Source of the DNA: an uncultured Pseudomonadales bacterium | GTDB taxonomy: Bacteria > Patescibacteriota > Microgenomatia > UBA1400 > RBG-16-45-19 | DNA: 64,000 bases | Direction of reading: 5' to 3' | NCBI GenBank assembly: GCA_964441155.1 | Contig: CAYYKL010000005.1 | Span: 4,434-68,433 of the forward strand | In this document: positions 46,216-55,337 of the stretch, one piece after another | Position numbering within the stretch: the first letter of the stretch is position 1 | Layout of the letters: each line of letters begins with the position of its first letter | The notes under the pieces: model-generated | The model's input: only the letters and a program-made list of their open reading frames with translations | What the model was told of the DNA's origin: nothing | The model's database searches: none | Translations under genes and position numbers: made by a program

Positions 46216-46540
46216 ATAGCTCTAGAAAATTGAAAACGAAAAACCCCGCAAGCGCATGAGTATTAAGAGGTACTTTCCCCCTGGATACCAGGTGGGTGGA
46301 CTGTCATACATCCCGCGAGACGCATGAACGCCCGTCCTCCCGCAAGAAAGTTAAATTGTCGAGGAAAAAATCCTCTCACTCTTCGCCACTCGCAGGGCAT
46401 GACCATTGTAGCATCGGGCAGCAAGAGGTCAATGCGTAATCACTTGATAAAGCACACTTTTTCCTCAAGAAAACAATGTGCATCCAATATTTGAGTAAGG
46501 CTTAAACTTTTACTTCACTCTTCGAGTGAAACGAGAAGCT

Positions 46541-46580
46541 AAAAAAAAGAGCTCCCCCGGTAATGAATCGGACGAGCTCT
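46541..46580 (-). terminator. intrinsic terminator for the 46606-47289 gene (A8-AGAGCTC...GAGCTCT as read on plus; hairpin plus U8 on minus)
   Basis: 7-bp stem with an 18-nt loop, preceded on the plus strand by eight A. Confidence 0.5.
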
Positions 46581-46605
46581 TTATATGATTTGCTATTAAA
46601 ATGCG

Positions 46606-47289
46606 TTAAGCGATTTGGCCCATTTTGACCGGGGTTGGCACTTGAGCTGTAGCTGAAAGCTGTCGATAGATATACATCGATCCAAGCATTACTGCTCCTG
46701 CGGCAACAATGCCGGGAATAATCAATAAAACAAACCCCAGCAAAACGAGTAGTGCTGAAACAAAACCGAAACCAAATAACCACATTTTCTTGCCTTGAGT
46801 CATTTCTCCACTGACTCGGAATGCCTCTTTGACACCCATACCTCTATCTACCACGAGATACGTTACATATTGGTATTTGATAGCAAAAACAATACCAGGA
46901 ACGATAAGTAGAATCATTCCCGCTATAACCAAGAGAGCATACGCAATACTGCCTAATAAATACGGCACGATTTGCTGCACACTTGTCATTAAAAATCCCT
47001 TGAATACAGCCAGCTCTTGCTTAAGGTCAGGAGTGGCCTTACCATCAACGATTCGAAGCACAAGCTTGATCTGAGCGATACCGACAAAAAGGCCAACAAT
47101 AGTAATGAGAATATTAAATACCAATGCCAAAGCTGATGAAACATTTTCTAGGCCAGAGGCGACGTAGCCGGTAATGGCATTAAAAAGAATGAGCATGAGC
47201 ATATACAGGGCTAAAAGTTTCCAGTGAGCCTTTAACTTTTCCCAGCCAAATCGCAATACCTGTGAATAACTCATCGTTACACTACTCAT
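46606..47289 (-). CDS. hypothetical polytopic membrane protein
   Basis: 227 aa with 5-6 hydrophobic helices. AAGGAG lies 4 nt before ATG at 47289. Confidence 0.5.
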   Translation of the reverse strand: MSSVTMSYSQVLRFGWEKLKAHWKLLALYMLMLILFNAITGYVASGLENVSSALALVFNILITIVGLFVGIAQIKLVLRIVDGKATPDLKQELAVFKGFLMTSVQQIVPYLLGSIAYALLVIAGMILLIVPGIVFAIKYQYVTYLVVDRGMGVKEAFRVSGEMTQGKKMWLFGFGFVSALLVLLGFVLLIIPGIVAAGAVMLGSMYIYRQLSATAQVPTPVKMGQIA

Positions 47290-47402
47290 ACGTCTCCTTA
47301 TATAGTAAGTTAAAACACCCGTGACACCTACAGCTTATCAATAAAAACAAGATTGCATCAAGTAGCAACCGACACGTTTAAACGTTGGTAGAATTAATCA
47401 AT

Positions 47403-48302
47403 TTAAACGTTGATGGAGCGCAAAAATTCTCTAAATTCCCCACTGATATCGGGATGCTTGAGCGCAAATTCAACCACTGTTTTCAAATACTCAAGCTTGT
47501 TGCCTGTGTCATGGAATTTTCCACCTTTGATCTCGCGAACCAGAATGCGCAAATTATCTTGCAACATGAGCTTGAGTGCATCGTTGTAATAAAACTCTTC
47601 GCCCTCGGGCAAGTTTTCCATTACTTTGTCTAAATAGTTGAAAATGTCGGGAGTGAACAGAAAACCAGAGACTGTGGCATAGTCACTAGGCGCCGAATCT
47701 TTGCCTGGTTTTTCGATTAACGATTTGACATCAAGAATTCCTGGCTCAATCTCATCTCCCCCAGCAAATCCATATCGATTGTAATCATCATCGGTCTTGG
47801 CCCGCAAAGATGCCAAAACGCTGCAGCCATACTGTTCATAGGTTTCTAATAGTTGTTTAAACCGCGAGGGCTCGGCCGAAATAAAATCATCGCTCCAGGT
47901 GTAAATAAAGGGTTCATTGCCAATTAAACTTTTCACATTAAGCAGTGGCGTTCCATTGCCATAGGGTCCTTTTTGGCGCACATATACAAAATTGGCCATA
48001 TCGGCGATGCCATAGGCTTGCTCCAGCAAATGTCGCTTCTTCTCGCCACCCATTTCTAAGTTATCGATAAGTTCTCTTGACGGTGTGTCGAAATGATCTT
48101 CAATGCTGCGTTTGTGATAGCCCGTCACAATGATAATGTCCTGGATTCCGGCCTCAACCAACTCTTCGACTACGTACTGAATCACCGGCTTGTCAACGAC
48201 CGGCAACATTTCTTTAGGCATTGCCTTGGTCTGGGGCAAAAAACGAGTACCAAAGCCGGCGGCTGGAATAACTGCCTTGCGAACTTTTTTGTGATGAGCC
48301 AT
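47403..48302 (-). CDS. galU: UTP--glucose-1-phosphate uridylyltransferase
   Basis: KAVIPAAGFGTRFLPQTKAMPKEMLPVVDKPVIQYVVEE. Confidence 0.85.
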   Translation of the reverse strand: MAHHKKVRKAVIPAAGFGTRFLPQTKAMPKEMLPVVDKPVIQYVVEELVEAGIQDIIIVTGYHKRSIEDHFDTPSRELIDNLEMGGEKKRHLLEQAYGIADMANFVYVRQKGPYGNGTPLLNVKSLIGNEPFIYTWSDDFISAEPSRFKQLLETYEQYGCSVLASLRAKTDDDYNRYGFAGGDEIEPGILDVKSLIEKPGKDSAPSDYATVSGFLFTPDIFNYLDKVMENLPEGEEFYYNDALKLMLQDNLRILVREIKGGKFHDTGNKLEYLKTVVEFALKHPDISGEFREFLRSINV

Positions 48303-48477
48303 GGAAGCCTCCTAGTTCTTATTTCAGAATCACTATTTTGATTATCTTACACGATTATTCCAACTTTTTCGCGTTACTCCAAGGCGGGTATTCCTCTTAT
48401 CCCAACTATTTGTTACAATATGCCTTTGCTTCTTTAGTGTTGAGCATGAAAAGATCTAAAAGAAGCGTGAAAATATA

Positions 48478-48669
48478 ATGAATATACTGACTAAACCACC
48501 ATTTGCGCTCCTTGCCCAAGTGAAACAAGAGTTGCAACTCACTACTTGGCCAACTCGAGAAGAAACAATTAAATTAACGGCAGTTGTTGTGTTGGTTAGT
48601 GTCGTAGTTGGCGTCTATTTAGGAGGCCTCGACTGGATACTAACATTGCTGCTCGCCCAGATTATTTAA
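48478..48669 (+). CDS. secE: preprotein translocase subunit SecE
   Basis: 63 aa with a single C-terminal TM helix and a WPTREET motif. It lies immediately upstream of nusG. Confidence 0.75.
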   Translation: MNILTKPPFALLAQVKQELQLTTWPTREETIKLTAVVVLVSVVVGVYLGGLDWILTLLLAQII

Positions 48670-48688
48670 ACGTAAAGGATCGTGTTAT

Positions 48689-49297
48689 ATGGCTAAAAAC
48701 CAAGATATTCTTGATGAAGTTCAAGAAATTAAAGGTCCCGAAAATCATTACCTTATTAATGACCTCGACGTCAAAGATGCTCGCTGGTATGTCGTGCACA
48801 CTTATTCTGGTCACGAAAACCGTGTTGCTCTCCAGTTGATGGCTCGTGTAAAAACCATGAATTTGGACCATAAAATCTTGGAAATCCTCATTCCGACGCA
48901 AAACAAAATTCAAATTAAACGCGGCAAAAAACAAGCCATTAAAGAGAAAATTTTCCCTGGATACATGCTCGTTAAGATGGTTATGGCCGACGATGCATGG
49001 CTGGCTGTTCGCACCACCCAAGGCGTAACCGGATTTGTGGGTGTCGGCACCAAACCGACGGCCCTGCCTAACCAAGAAGTTGACTCCATACAAAAATACA
49101 TGAATCAAGGTGCGCCAAAATACAAAGCCAATTTCTCAATTGGTGAGGCAGTCAAGATCATCGAAGGACCGTTTGCTGACTTTTTGGGAACCGTTGATTC
49201 GATCGATGATGCCAAGGGCAAGGTTAATGTGCTAGTGTCAATCTTTGGCCGTGAAACCCCAGTTGAGCTTGATTTCTTGCAAATCGCCAAAGTGTAA
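48689..49297 (+). CDS. nusG: transcription termination/antitermination factor NusG
   Basis: WYVVHTYSGHENRV (NGN domain) and C-terminal KOW GEAVKIIEGPFADFLGTV. Confidence 0.9.
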   Translation: MAKNQDILDEVQEIKGPENHYLINDLDVKDARWYVVHTYSGHENRVALQLMARVKTMNLDHKILEILIPTQNKIQIKRGKKQAIKEKIFPGYMLVKMVMADDAWLAVRTTQGVTGFVGVGTKPTALPNQEVDSIQKYMNQGAPKYKANFSIGEAVKIIEGPFADFLGTVDSIDDAKGKVNVLVSIFGRETPVELDFLQIAKV

Positions 49298-49303
49298 CTA
49301 GCA

Positions 49304-50614
49304 TCACCTGACTAATGCTGAAACAAGTGCATTGAATAGTTGAATTGAATAGTTGGCAAATTCACTGACAAGTTTCTGATAGTCTTGCATATTCACCAAA
49401 CCATCGTTATTGACATCAATTTCCAATGTGCAGCCAGCAAGCGCATGGTCTGATCCGCAAGCACCAGGACCGCCATACATTCCCATATCTGATCGCGATC
49501 CGTCAGGATCATGCAGTGCTGGGTCACCAGCATCTTTGGCATTTGAAGTAGGCATAAGATGAAAATCATTTGCACTCACAAATTGCGGGTCAATTGACAC
49601 ATTGTGAGCGTCTTGCAGTTCCTCAGGTGAATAAAAATGGTTAAAATTCCCTTCTCCACTTCCCCAAGATATGTTGTAGTTGAACGTCTCAAAATTAGTT
49701 TTTTGGTTAGCGATAATCCCGATTATTTGGTTATTAATGGAGATATTATTGAATACATGGCACTTGGTTAAGTCTGAACAATTTATGCCATCCCAACCAT
49801 TGGCTACGACCGTGTTATTTGAAATGGTTGCCTTCGCAGATTCATAGCCAGATATTCCTTCATGTTCATTCTGACTAATCAAATTGTTGGTTATGATTGC
49901 TTGAGAATTACCCCACAACCCAATTCCTTCTGCCGAGTCTGCCATAATTTCGTTGCTTGTAATGGTTGCCTGAGAATTCCCATACAGCGATATTCCGCCA
50001 AAGTTGCCAGAAAATTGACTATTCGAAATGGTAGCGTTGGCATTTCCATCGATGAAAATGCCTTCGTAATAGTTGAAGGCGAAAATACTTTGCGTTATTG
50101 TGGCTCGAGAATTAGATGAAATTTCTAGACCCGAACCTCCATTATTGAGTATAACCACTTGAGAAAGTTGTGCTTTGGAAGATCCGTCTATCATAATCCC
50201 CGATCGAGCAGCTTCAGTAATGCTGATATGTTCTAGCGAGATAATCGAGTCAACTACAGTAAGCGCGTCAGCATCTTTGCCCTTGAGGATAGTGTTTTGA
50301 GCTGCATCACCTCGTATTTCAATGTGCTGTTTGATAGGATGGCCATCAGTGCCAATTTTTAACTCCAGGCCTAGATAGGTGCCTGGCCGTATCTCAATCG
50401 TATTGGGCATTGATTCGCTACCGTTGGGTATGACATCAATCGCCTGCTGAATTCCATCTCTGCCTATATAGTTGCATCCATTTGTGCCCGCAATCCCTGA
50501 AGGACACACTGTGAGGTTGGTTGATTGCGCCACCACTTGGGTTGTTCCACCACCTGAAACCAAAAAAAACATTCCCAAAAAGAGTGTCCAGATCAAACAT
50601 CTTTTATGCATCAT
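49304..50614 (-). CDS. secreted right-handed parallel beta-helix repeat protein with C-terminal dockerin-like Ca-binding module
   Basis: Signal peptide, repeated NxxxSGxxxxGIxL-type pectate-lyase/NosD-like turns, and C-terminal DVNNDGLVNMQDYQKLVSEF. Confidence 0.6.
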   Translation of the reverse strand: MMHKRCLIWTLFLGMFFLVSGGGTTQVVAQSTNLTVCPSGIAGTNGCNYIGRDGIQQAIDVIPNGSESMPNTIEIRPGTYLGLELKIGTDGHPIKQHIEIRGDAAQNTILKGKDADALTVVDSIISLEHISITEAARSGIMIDGSSKAQLSQVVILNNGGSGLEISSNSRATITQSIFAFNYYEGIFIDGNANATISNSQFSGNFGGISLYGNSQATITSNEIMADSAEGIGLWGNSQAIITNNLISQNEHEGISGYESAKATISNNTVVANGWDGINCSDLTKCHVFNNISINNQIIGIIANQKTNFETFNYNISWGSGEGNFNHFYSPEELQDAHNVSIDPQFVSANDFHLMPTSNAKDAGDPALHDPDGSRSDMGMYGGPGACGSDHALAGCTLEIDVNNDGLVNMQDYQKLVSEFANYSIQLFNALVSALVR

Positions 50615-50734
50615 GACTCATGCTCTCAAAAATCGTTAAGGTTGTAAACGAATTAAGTGAACTGCTTGGCTTCAGTCTTATGTGACTTGAAAAATACATG
50701 AAAAAACGCAATTGAATTCCGTGTCGTCGACATC

Positions 50735-51829
50735 GTGCTATCCGTGTATAGTGAATATATTGGAAGTAAAATTCCAATAATGATCAAAGTAATTATGAAA
50801 ATCATTCAGACATTTCGCCGATTGCACTTCTTTCAAAAAATATCCCTTCTGGGTTTAGTAATCATGGGCATGAGCCTGCCCGCCTCAATTATTCTAAGTG
50901 CCTACGAAACACACTTTAATTCTAAAGCTGCTCAAGAAATTAGCAGAATCCAGGTTATGCCTCGGGATCGAGCCAATGACCCCCGACTGAGCATAACTTC
51001 TACGCCCAATCGATTTATCCGCTACCCCATCGAAGCCAGTATTTCAGGAGTCATCAAACCACCCATGCTGCCACCTCAAACTGGGTGCATTACTGGCGGT
51101 TGCTCGGGAGAATTGTGTCTGTCCGCAACTGAAGGTTATGATCGCTTTTCAACCTGCGAATGGAAAGAATCGTATGCATGTCTGAAAAGTTCTGCCATAT
51201 GCGAACAACAGGCAAGCGGTCAATGCGGCTGGACCTTTACACCAGAATATTACGCCTGTTTGAAATTTGGTTACAAAGATAGTGACGAAACTAGACCCAA
51301 AGCTTTGTGCGGAAACGGCCAGTGCGAACCACTTGAAGCCGACCAAGAGATATGCACGCGCTCCCTCCCTCCTCAATGCCATACCATAAAGGGAGCGTGT
51401 AATGAGGATTGCACTAATCCCACCCCACCCGCAAAACCGACTGGCGGTGAGCTAATGTGCGCCAAGGAATGTGCACTTGGTTACTACTTGAATTCCGAAT
51501 GTAATTGCGTGAGAGAGCGTTACCAAATGGATACCGGCTCGCTTGAACAAACGCGCGAAACTCGACAGGCTAGCGTTTGTGAAAAATCGGGAGGCGAATA
51601 TAAAACCCTTAGTGGTTGCGCCGATAGTTGTGATGTTCTCACCGATCCTTTAATTGCCTGCCCTGCTGATAGTCAGCAAGTCGCATGTGATTGTGGTCCT
51701 GCTCATTGCTGGAATGGAGCGCGCTGCATCAATAATCCTGCAACCAAAGCAAATGATTCGCTGGCAAAATTTGGATTCACGAATTGGGTCTCAAGTTTTA
51801 GAAGCTTCTTCGATGCCTATTTTAAATAG
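50735..51829 (+). CDS. cysteine-rich secreted or membrane-anchored protein
   Basis: N-terminal hydrophobic anchor followed by about 30 Cys in C..C/CxxxC spacing. The start is ambiguous (several in-frame ATG). Confidence 0.45.
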   Translation: MLSVYSEYIGSKIPIMIKVIMKIIQTFRRLHFFQKISLLGLVIMGMSLPASIILSAYETHFNSKAAQEISRIQVMPRDRANDPRLSITSTPNRFIRYPIEASISGVIKPPMLPPQTGCITGGCSGELCLSATEGYDRFSTCEWKESYACLKSSAICEQQASGQCGWTFTPEYYACLKFGYKDSDETRPKALCGNGQCEPLEADQEICTRSLPPQCHTIKGACNEDCTNPTPPAKPTGGELMCAKECALGYYLNSECNCVRERYQMDTGSLEQTRETRQASVCEKSGGEYKTLSGCADSCDVLTDPLIACPADSQQVACDCGPAHCWNGARCINNPATKANDSLAKFGFTNWVSSFRSFFDAYFK

Positions 51830-51845
51830 AATATAAATTCCTTAA

Positions 51846-52508
51846 GTGCAAACAAAAGGAGTAAACTATTCCATAGATAGTTACTTCAAACCGAGACAAA
51901 AGCTTGCTATGGAAAAAATAGTTGCCGCAATACTTCTTTCTCTGCTTATTGTTTCAGGAATTGTCTTGGCAGCACAAGTCCAGGGTTCTCTAGATAGCTT
52001 GCCATCGTTTAGTCAATTTGTTCCTAAATTAACCCGGCTCCCCCTAGATTTGTTCCCACAAGAAATAATCGTCTCCCCGAGCCCGGAACCATTGCTAGAT
52101 TCTATGCAAACGACACCAAACAAGCCTTCAGCGACAACTAAACCTTTGCGCGCATCACCCTCAATTGCCAAAAGAGTATTCCCAACAACGAGACCCTTCC
52201 CCACTTCACCTCCTATTGCTTGCGCTCGCTTCACGGTCACCCACCTTGACGGCAGCACCTCAAGACTTTGCTATTCCAGAGAAAATACCAATAGATTGCA
52301 ACAATTGGAATACGAGCGCTCCAGTGCTCAAGCGTTTTATGAATTCGATATGAGGTCAGCAACACGCTATCAAGAAGAATATGATCGATCGGGATCTTCG
52401 ATCTACCTCGATGCGAAGGCGCGTAGCGAGCAAAGTGCAAAAGAGAATCTCATCAAACGAGATGCAGCCGTTGCCGCGATGCAAGAAATTGAAAAGCTTG
52501 GGTGGTAA
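51846..52508 (+). CDS. hypothetical membrane-anchored protein with Pro/Ser/Thr-rich linker
   Basis: TM helix IVAAILLSLLIVSGIVLAA followed by low-complexity PSPEPLL..PTTRPFPTSPP. The real start is possibly at 51909. Confidence 0.4.
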   Translation: MQTKGVNYSIDSYFKPRQKLAMEKIVAAILLSLLIVSGIVLAAQVQGSLDSLPSFSQFVPKLTRLPLDLFPQEIIVSPSPEPLLDSMQTTPNKPSATTKPLRASPSIAKRVFPTTRPFPTSPPIACARFTVTHLDGSTSRLCYSRENTNRLQQLEYERSSAQAFYEFDMRSATRYQEEYDRSGSSIYLDAKARSEQSAKENLIKRDAAVAAMQEIEKLGW

Positions 52509-52554
52509 CCTCAAGCTTTTGACGCAAGTTATAAGGAGTATAATTATTGTATCG

Positions 52555-53001
52555 ATGGAACTTTTAATTAGTCTACCTCAGCTTTTTATCATCGTTGGTC
52601 TCTTGTTGATTCTGGCCGAACTATTTATCGGCATTCAAACGGGTTTTGATTTGGTGCTCATTGGATCGATTGTGATTATTTCTGGTTTTGCAGGCATCGC
52701 CACGGAATCAATCCCCTTGATGCTGACACTCGCGAGTGGCTTGAGCATTGCCTATATTTTCGTTGGCCGGAACAAAATCAGGCAAAAAATTACCGTCATC
52801 ACCAAAAAGACCAATATCGACAAACTTATTGGTATGCAAGGCTTGGTGGTTCGCTCAATCACGCCAGACACTCCGGGCTTGGTTCGCTTGAATGACGAAG
52901 ATTGGCGCGCTGTTAGCCACGAAGTAATTTTTGAAAAAGAGTCATTCGAGGTGGTCGCTATCGAGGGCGTCAGTTTGGTAGTTAAGAAAGTTAAAAAATA
53001 A
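52555..53001 (+). CDS. NfeD-like membrane protein (short form with C-terminal OB-fold), partner of the SPFH protein
   Basis: Two N-terminal TM helices then GLVVRSITPDTPGLVRLNDEDWRAVS. AAGGAG RBS sits before ATG at 52555; the ORF track's upstream extension is not supported. Confidence 0.6.
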   Translation: MELLISLPQLFIIVGLLLILAELFIGIQTGFDLVLIGSIVIISGFAGIATESIPLMLTLASGLSIAYIFVGRNKIRQKITVITKKTNIDKLIGMQGLVVRSITPDTPGLVRLNDEDWRAVSHEVIFEKESFEVVAIEGVSLVVKKVKK

Positions 53002-53020
53002 TTTAAGGAGCAATTCGCCT

Positions 53021-53866
53021 ATGGAACCGTTTTCACTGGTCGTTTTTAGTTTGATTTTTATTATTTCTTTATTTGCTTTGGCTTCATCAATTCGCATTAT
53101 CAAACAATACGAAAAAGGCTTGGTGATTCGCTTGGGAAAATATCACGCCACAGCTGATGCGGGGGTTGCTTTTCTATTACCGTTTTTGGATTCATTGATT
53201 CGTGTTGATATGCGCGAGCAAGTCATCAATGTCATGCCTCAACAAGTAATCACTAAGGACAACGTTGGCGTGACCGTTGATGCGGTGATTTATTACAAAG
53301 TGGTTGACCCCGTCAAAGCTGAATTCGAAATTCAAAACTTCAATTTTGCTGCAACGACCTTAGCGCAGACTAATTTGCGCAATTTGATTGGCGATAAGCA
53401 ACTAGATGAAACACTCACTGCCCGCGATAGTATCAACGCTTCTTTGCGCGAAGTCTTGGACGAAGCCACTAATGCTTGGGGTGTCAAAGTGATGAAAGTT
53501 GAACTCCAAAAGATTGATCCCCCAGCCGATATCACCGATGCCATGAGCAAACAAATGAAGGCTGAGCGCGAAAAGCGGGCGATTATTTTGGAAGCTCAGG
53601 GTGTGCGTGAAGCGGGAATTTTGCGAGCCCAAGGTGATGCGCAGGCAACTCTCCTTCGAGCTGAAGCATTGGCTAAATCAACGGAAATGACGTCACTAGC
53701 TGCCCAAAAATTCTTCACCGATCGCGCCGAAGCGCTGAAGAAGTTGGAGGTCTCCGAAAAAGTCTTGGGTGATGGCGCAACTAAGTTTGTCATTCCCACA
53801 TCTTCAGACTTGGTTAATGTCTTAAATCTTGAAGGCTCGAGCTCGGTAATTCCACTTAAAAGGTAA
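53021..53866 (+). CDS. SPFH/band-7 (stomatin/prohibitin-like) protein
   Basis: N-terminal TM, IRIIKQYEKGLVIRLGKY, a characteristic coiled-coil tail EREKRAIILEAQG..AEALAK, and AAGGAG RBS. Confidence 0.8.
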   Translation: MEPFSLVVFSLIFIISLFALASSIRIIKQYEKGLVIRLGKYHATADAGVAFLLPFLDSLIRVDMREQVINVMPQQVITKDNVGVTVDAVIYYKVVDPVKAEFEIQNFNFAATTLAQTNLRNLIGDKQLDETLTARDSINASLREVLDEATNAWGVKVMKVELQKIDPPADITDAMSKQMKAEREKRAIILEAQGVREAGILRAQGDAQATLLRAEALAKSTEMTSLAAQKFFTDRAEALKKLEVSEKVLGDGATKFVIPTSSDLVNVLNLEGSSSVIPLKR

Positions 53867-53926
53867 GCTGGATGCAGGACCAAACCTCACGTTGAATACC
53901 ACTCAAGTTTGTGAAACTATAAATGC

Positions 53927-55231
53927 ATGAGGTTATCAACTCCAAAGAAGCTGAGTTTGTTGATTGCGATTCTTTTGATTGTTGTTGTGTCGCTAAAACT
54001 CATGCCTATTGCTTCAGCCCAGTTCTACATTGAAACACGAGCTGACATCAATCAAGATGGACAAGTCAATATTTTTGACTTCAATGAATTCGTCACAGAT
54101 TTTGGCAAAGGGTCTGGAATTCCCACAACCGATCCGACTCAAAACCAATATCACCTCGTTTCTCATGAAGACCATATTGTCATGAGATTTGAAGAAGGAT
54201 ATGGTTCGCGCTCGGGCATCTGGCTTGATTTGTTTCAAAATGGTACCGAGCTAGACCTTAATAGCCAAAATTTTATGGTTACTCACGCACCAGAAGATTC
54301 TGCACTACTCACGGTTGTATCAGATCAAAATACCCCCAATTCAGGCTATTCTATCGATGCTAAATCACCGGGCTCAACTTCGGTGATTACCATGGTAAAA
54401 AGCGCTCAAAACTTAAATTTGTTAGCTATTAAGCGATTGCCTGTAACCATCTACGACTCTTCGAAATTCTCCTGCGCGGATGATGGACCGATTAACGTCA
54501 ATTTTGTTACCGGTGAAGACGCTCAAATTCCAATTGGTCAAATTGGCATCAATGTAAACACCGTGAATAATAAATTTGTTGGCTATCAATATGATTTTGA
54601 TGGTGATGGATTTTATGACACACACATCACCGAAAACAATATTATGCCATTTAAGTTTTTATCTCCTGGTAGCTACCTTCCCCGATACCGAATTGTGGGC
54701 TCAAATAATCTCTTTCAAGATTGCGAATATCCCACTCGATTAACCGTCACCGGAGAAGTAATTGAACCTGACGATTTAACGAGTGAAATGTACCCTGTTG
54801 ATTGGAGTGTTGATAACATTCATTTTACAGCCCAATCATTTATTATTACCGCCAATGGAAGAGTTTATAAACCTCCTCAGGACACACAACTCATACAATA
54901 CACAGACACTTCCAATGGAATCCCTTCAGGCTTGGTATTAGCCCTTAGATGGAATGATAACGATGAAGAAATTCGATTAAATATTATATTCAAGATCGAT
55001 CAAGATTCTTGGGAATACGATTCAATGCAATTTGAAGATGCTCGTTATTTTAGCTGGATTGAATTTCAAATGCCAAGCACCGTTCCTCGCCTGACCAGTG
55101 ATTTTCAATCAAATCATTTATTTCCAAATTCAATTTCCATGCATTCTGATCCAGAAGTGTGGAAAATGAAAAAAGGGCACATTGCGATCAAACAGGCCCG
55201 AGTTTCAATCACCAAACCAGATGGTTTGTAA
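53927..55231 (+). CDS. secreted protein with N-terminal dockerin-like module
   Basis: Signal peptide then DINQDGQVNIFDFNEFVTDF. The remainder is beta-rich with no known catalytic motif. Confidence 0.5.
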   Translation: MRLSTPKKLSLLIAILLIVVVSLKLMPIASAQFYIETRADINQDGQVNIFDFNEFVTDFGKGSGIPTTDPTQNQYHLVSHEDHIVMRFEEGYGSRSGIWLDLFQNGTELDLNSQNFMVTHAPEDSALLTVVSDQNTPNSGYSIDAKSPGSTSVITMVKSAQNLNLLAIKRLPVTIYDSSKFSCADDGPINVNFVTGEDAQIPIGQIGINVNTVNNKFVGYQYDFDGDGFYDTHITENNIMPFKFLSPGSYLPRYRIVGSNNLFQDCEYPTRLTVTGEVIEPDDLTSEMYPVDWSVDNIHFTAQSFIITANGRVYKPPQDTQLIQYTDTSNGIPSGLVLALRWNDNDEEIRLNIIFKIDQDSWEYDSMQFEDARYFSWIEFQMPSTVPRLTSDFQSNHLFPNSISMHSDPEVWKMKKGHIAIKQARVSITKPDGL

Positions 55232-55337
55232 TTATCTCCAACGTCGTATTTTTTCAATAAAGCCTCTCCTTGACGTGCCCCTTATTTCTTGAGTAAAGTA
55301 AAACTAAAGTCTCGATTAACGTATTGAATGAAAGTAA

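Noticed and set aside
46240-46460. Possible RNase P RNA, tmRNA or SRP RNA in the ORF-free spacer
   Set aside because: I looked on both strands for GGAAAGTCCGG / ACAGAANCCGGCTTA (RNase P), a CCA-ending tRNA-like T-arm with GGTTCGA (tmRNA), and GGAAGCAGCC (SRP domain IV). None were present.
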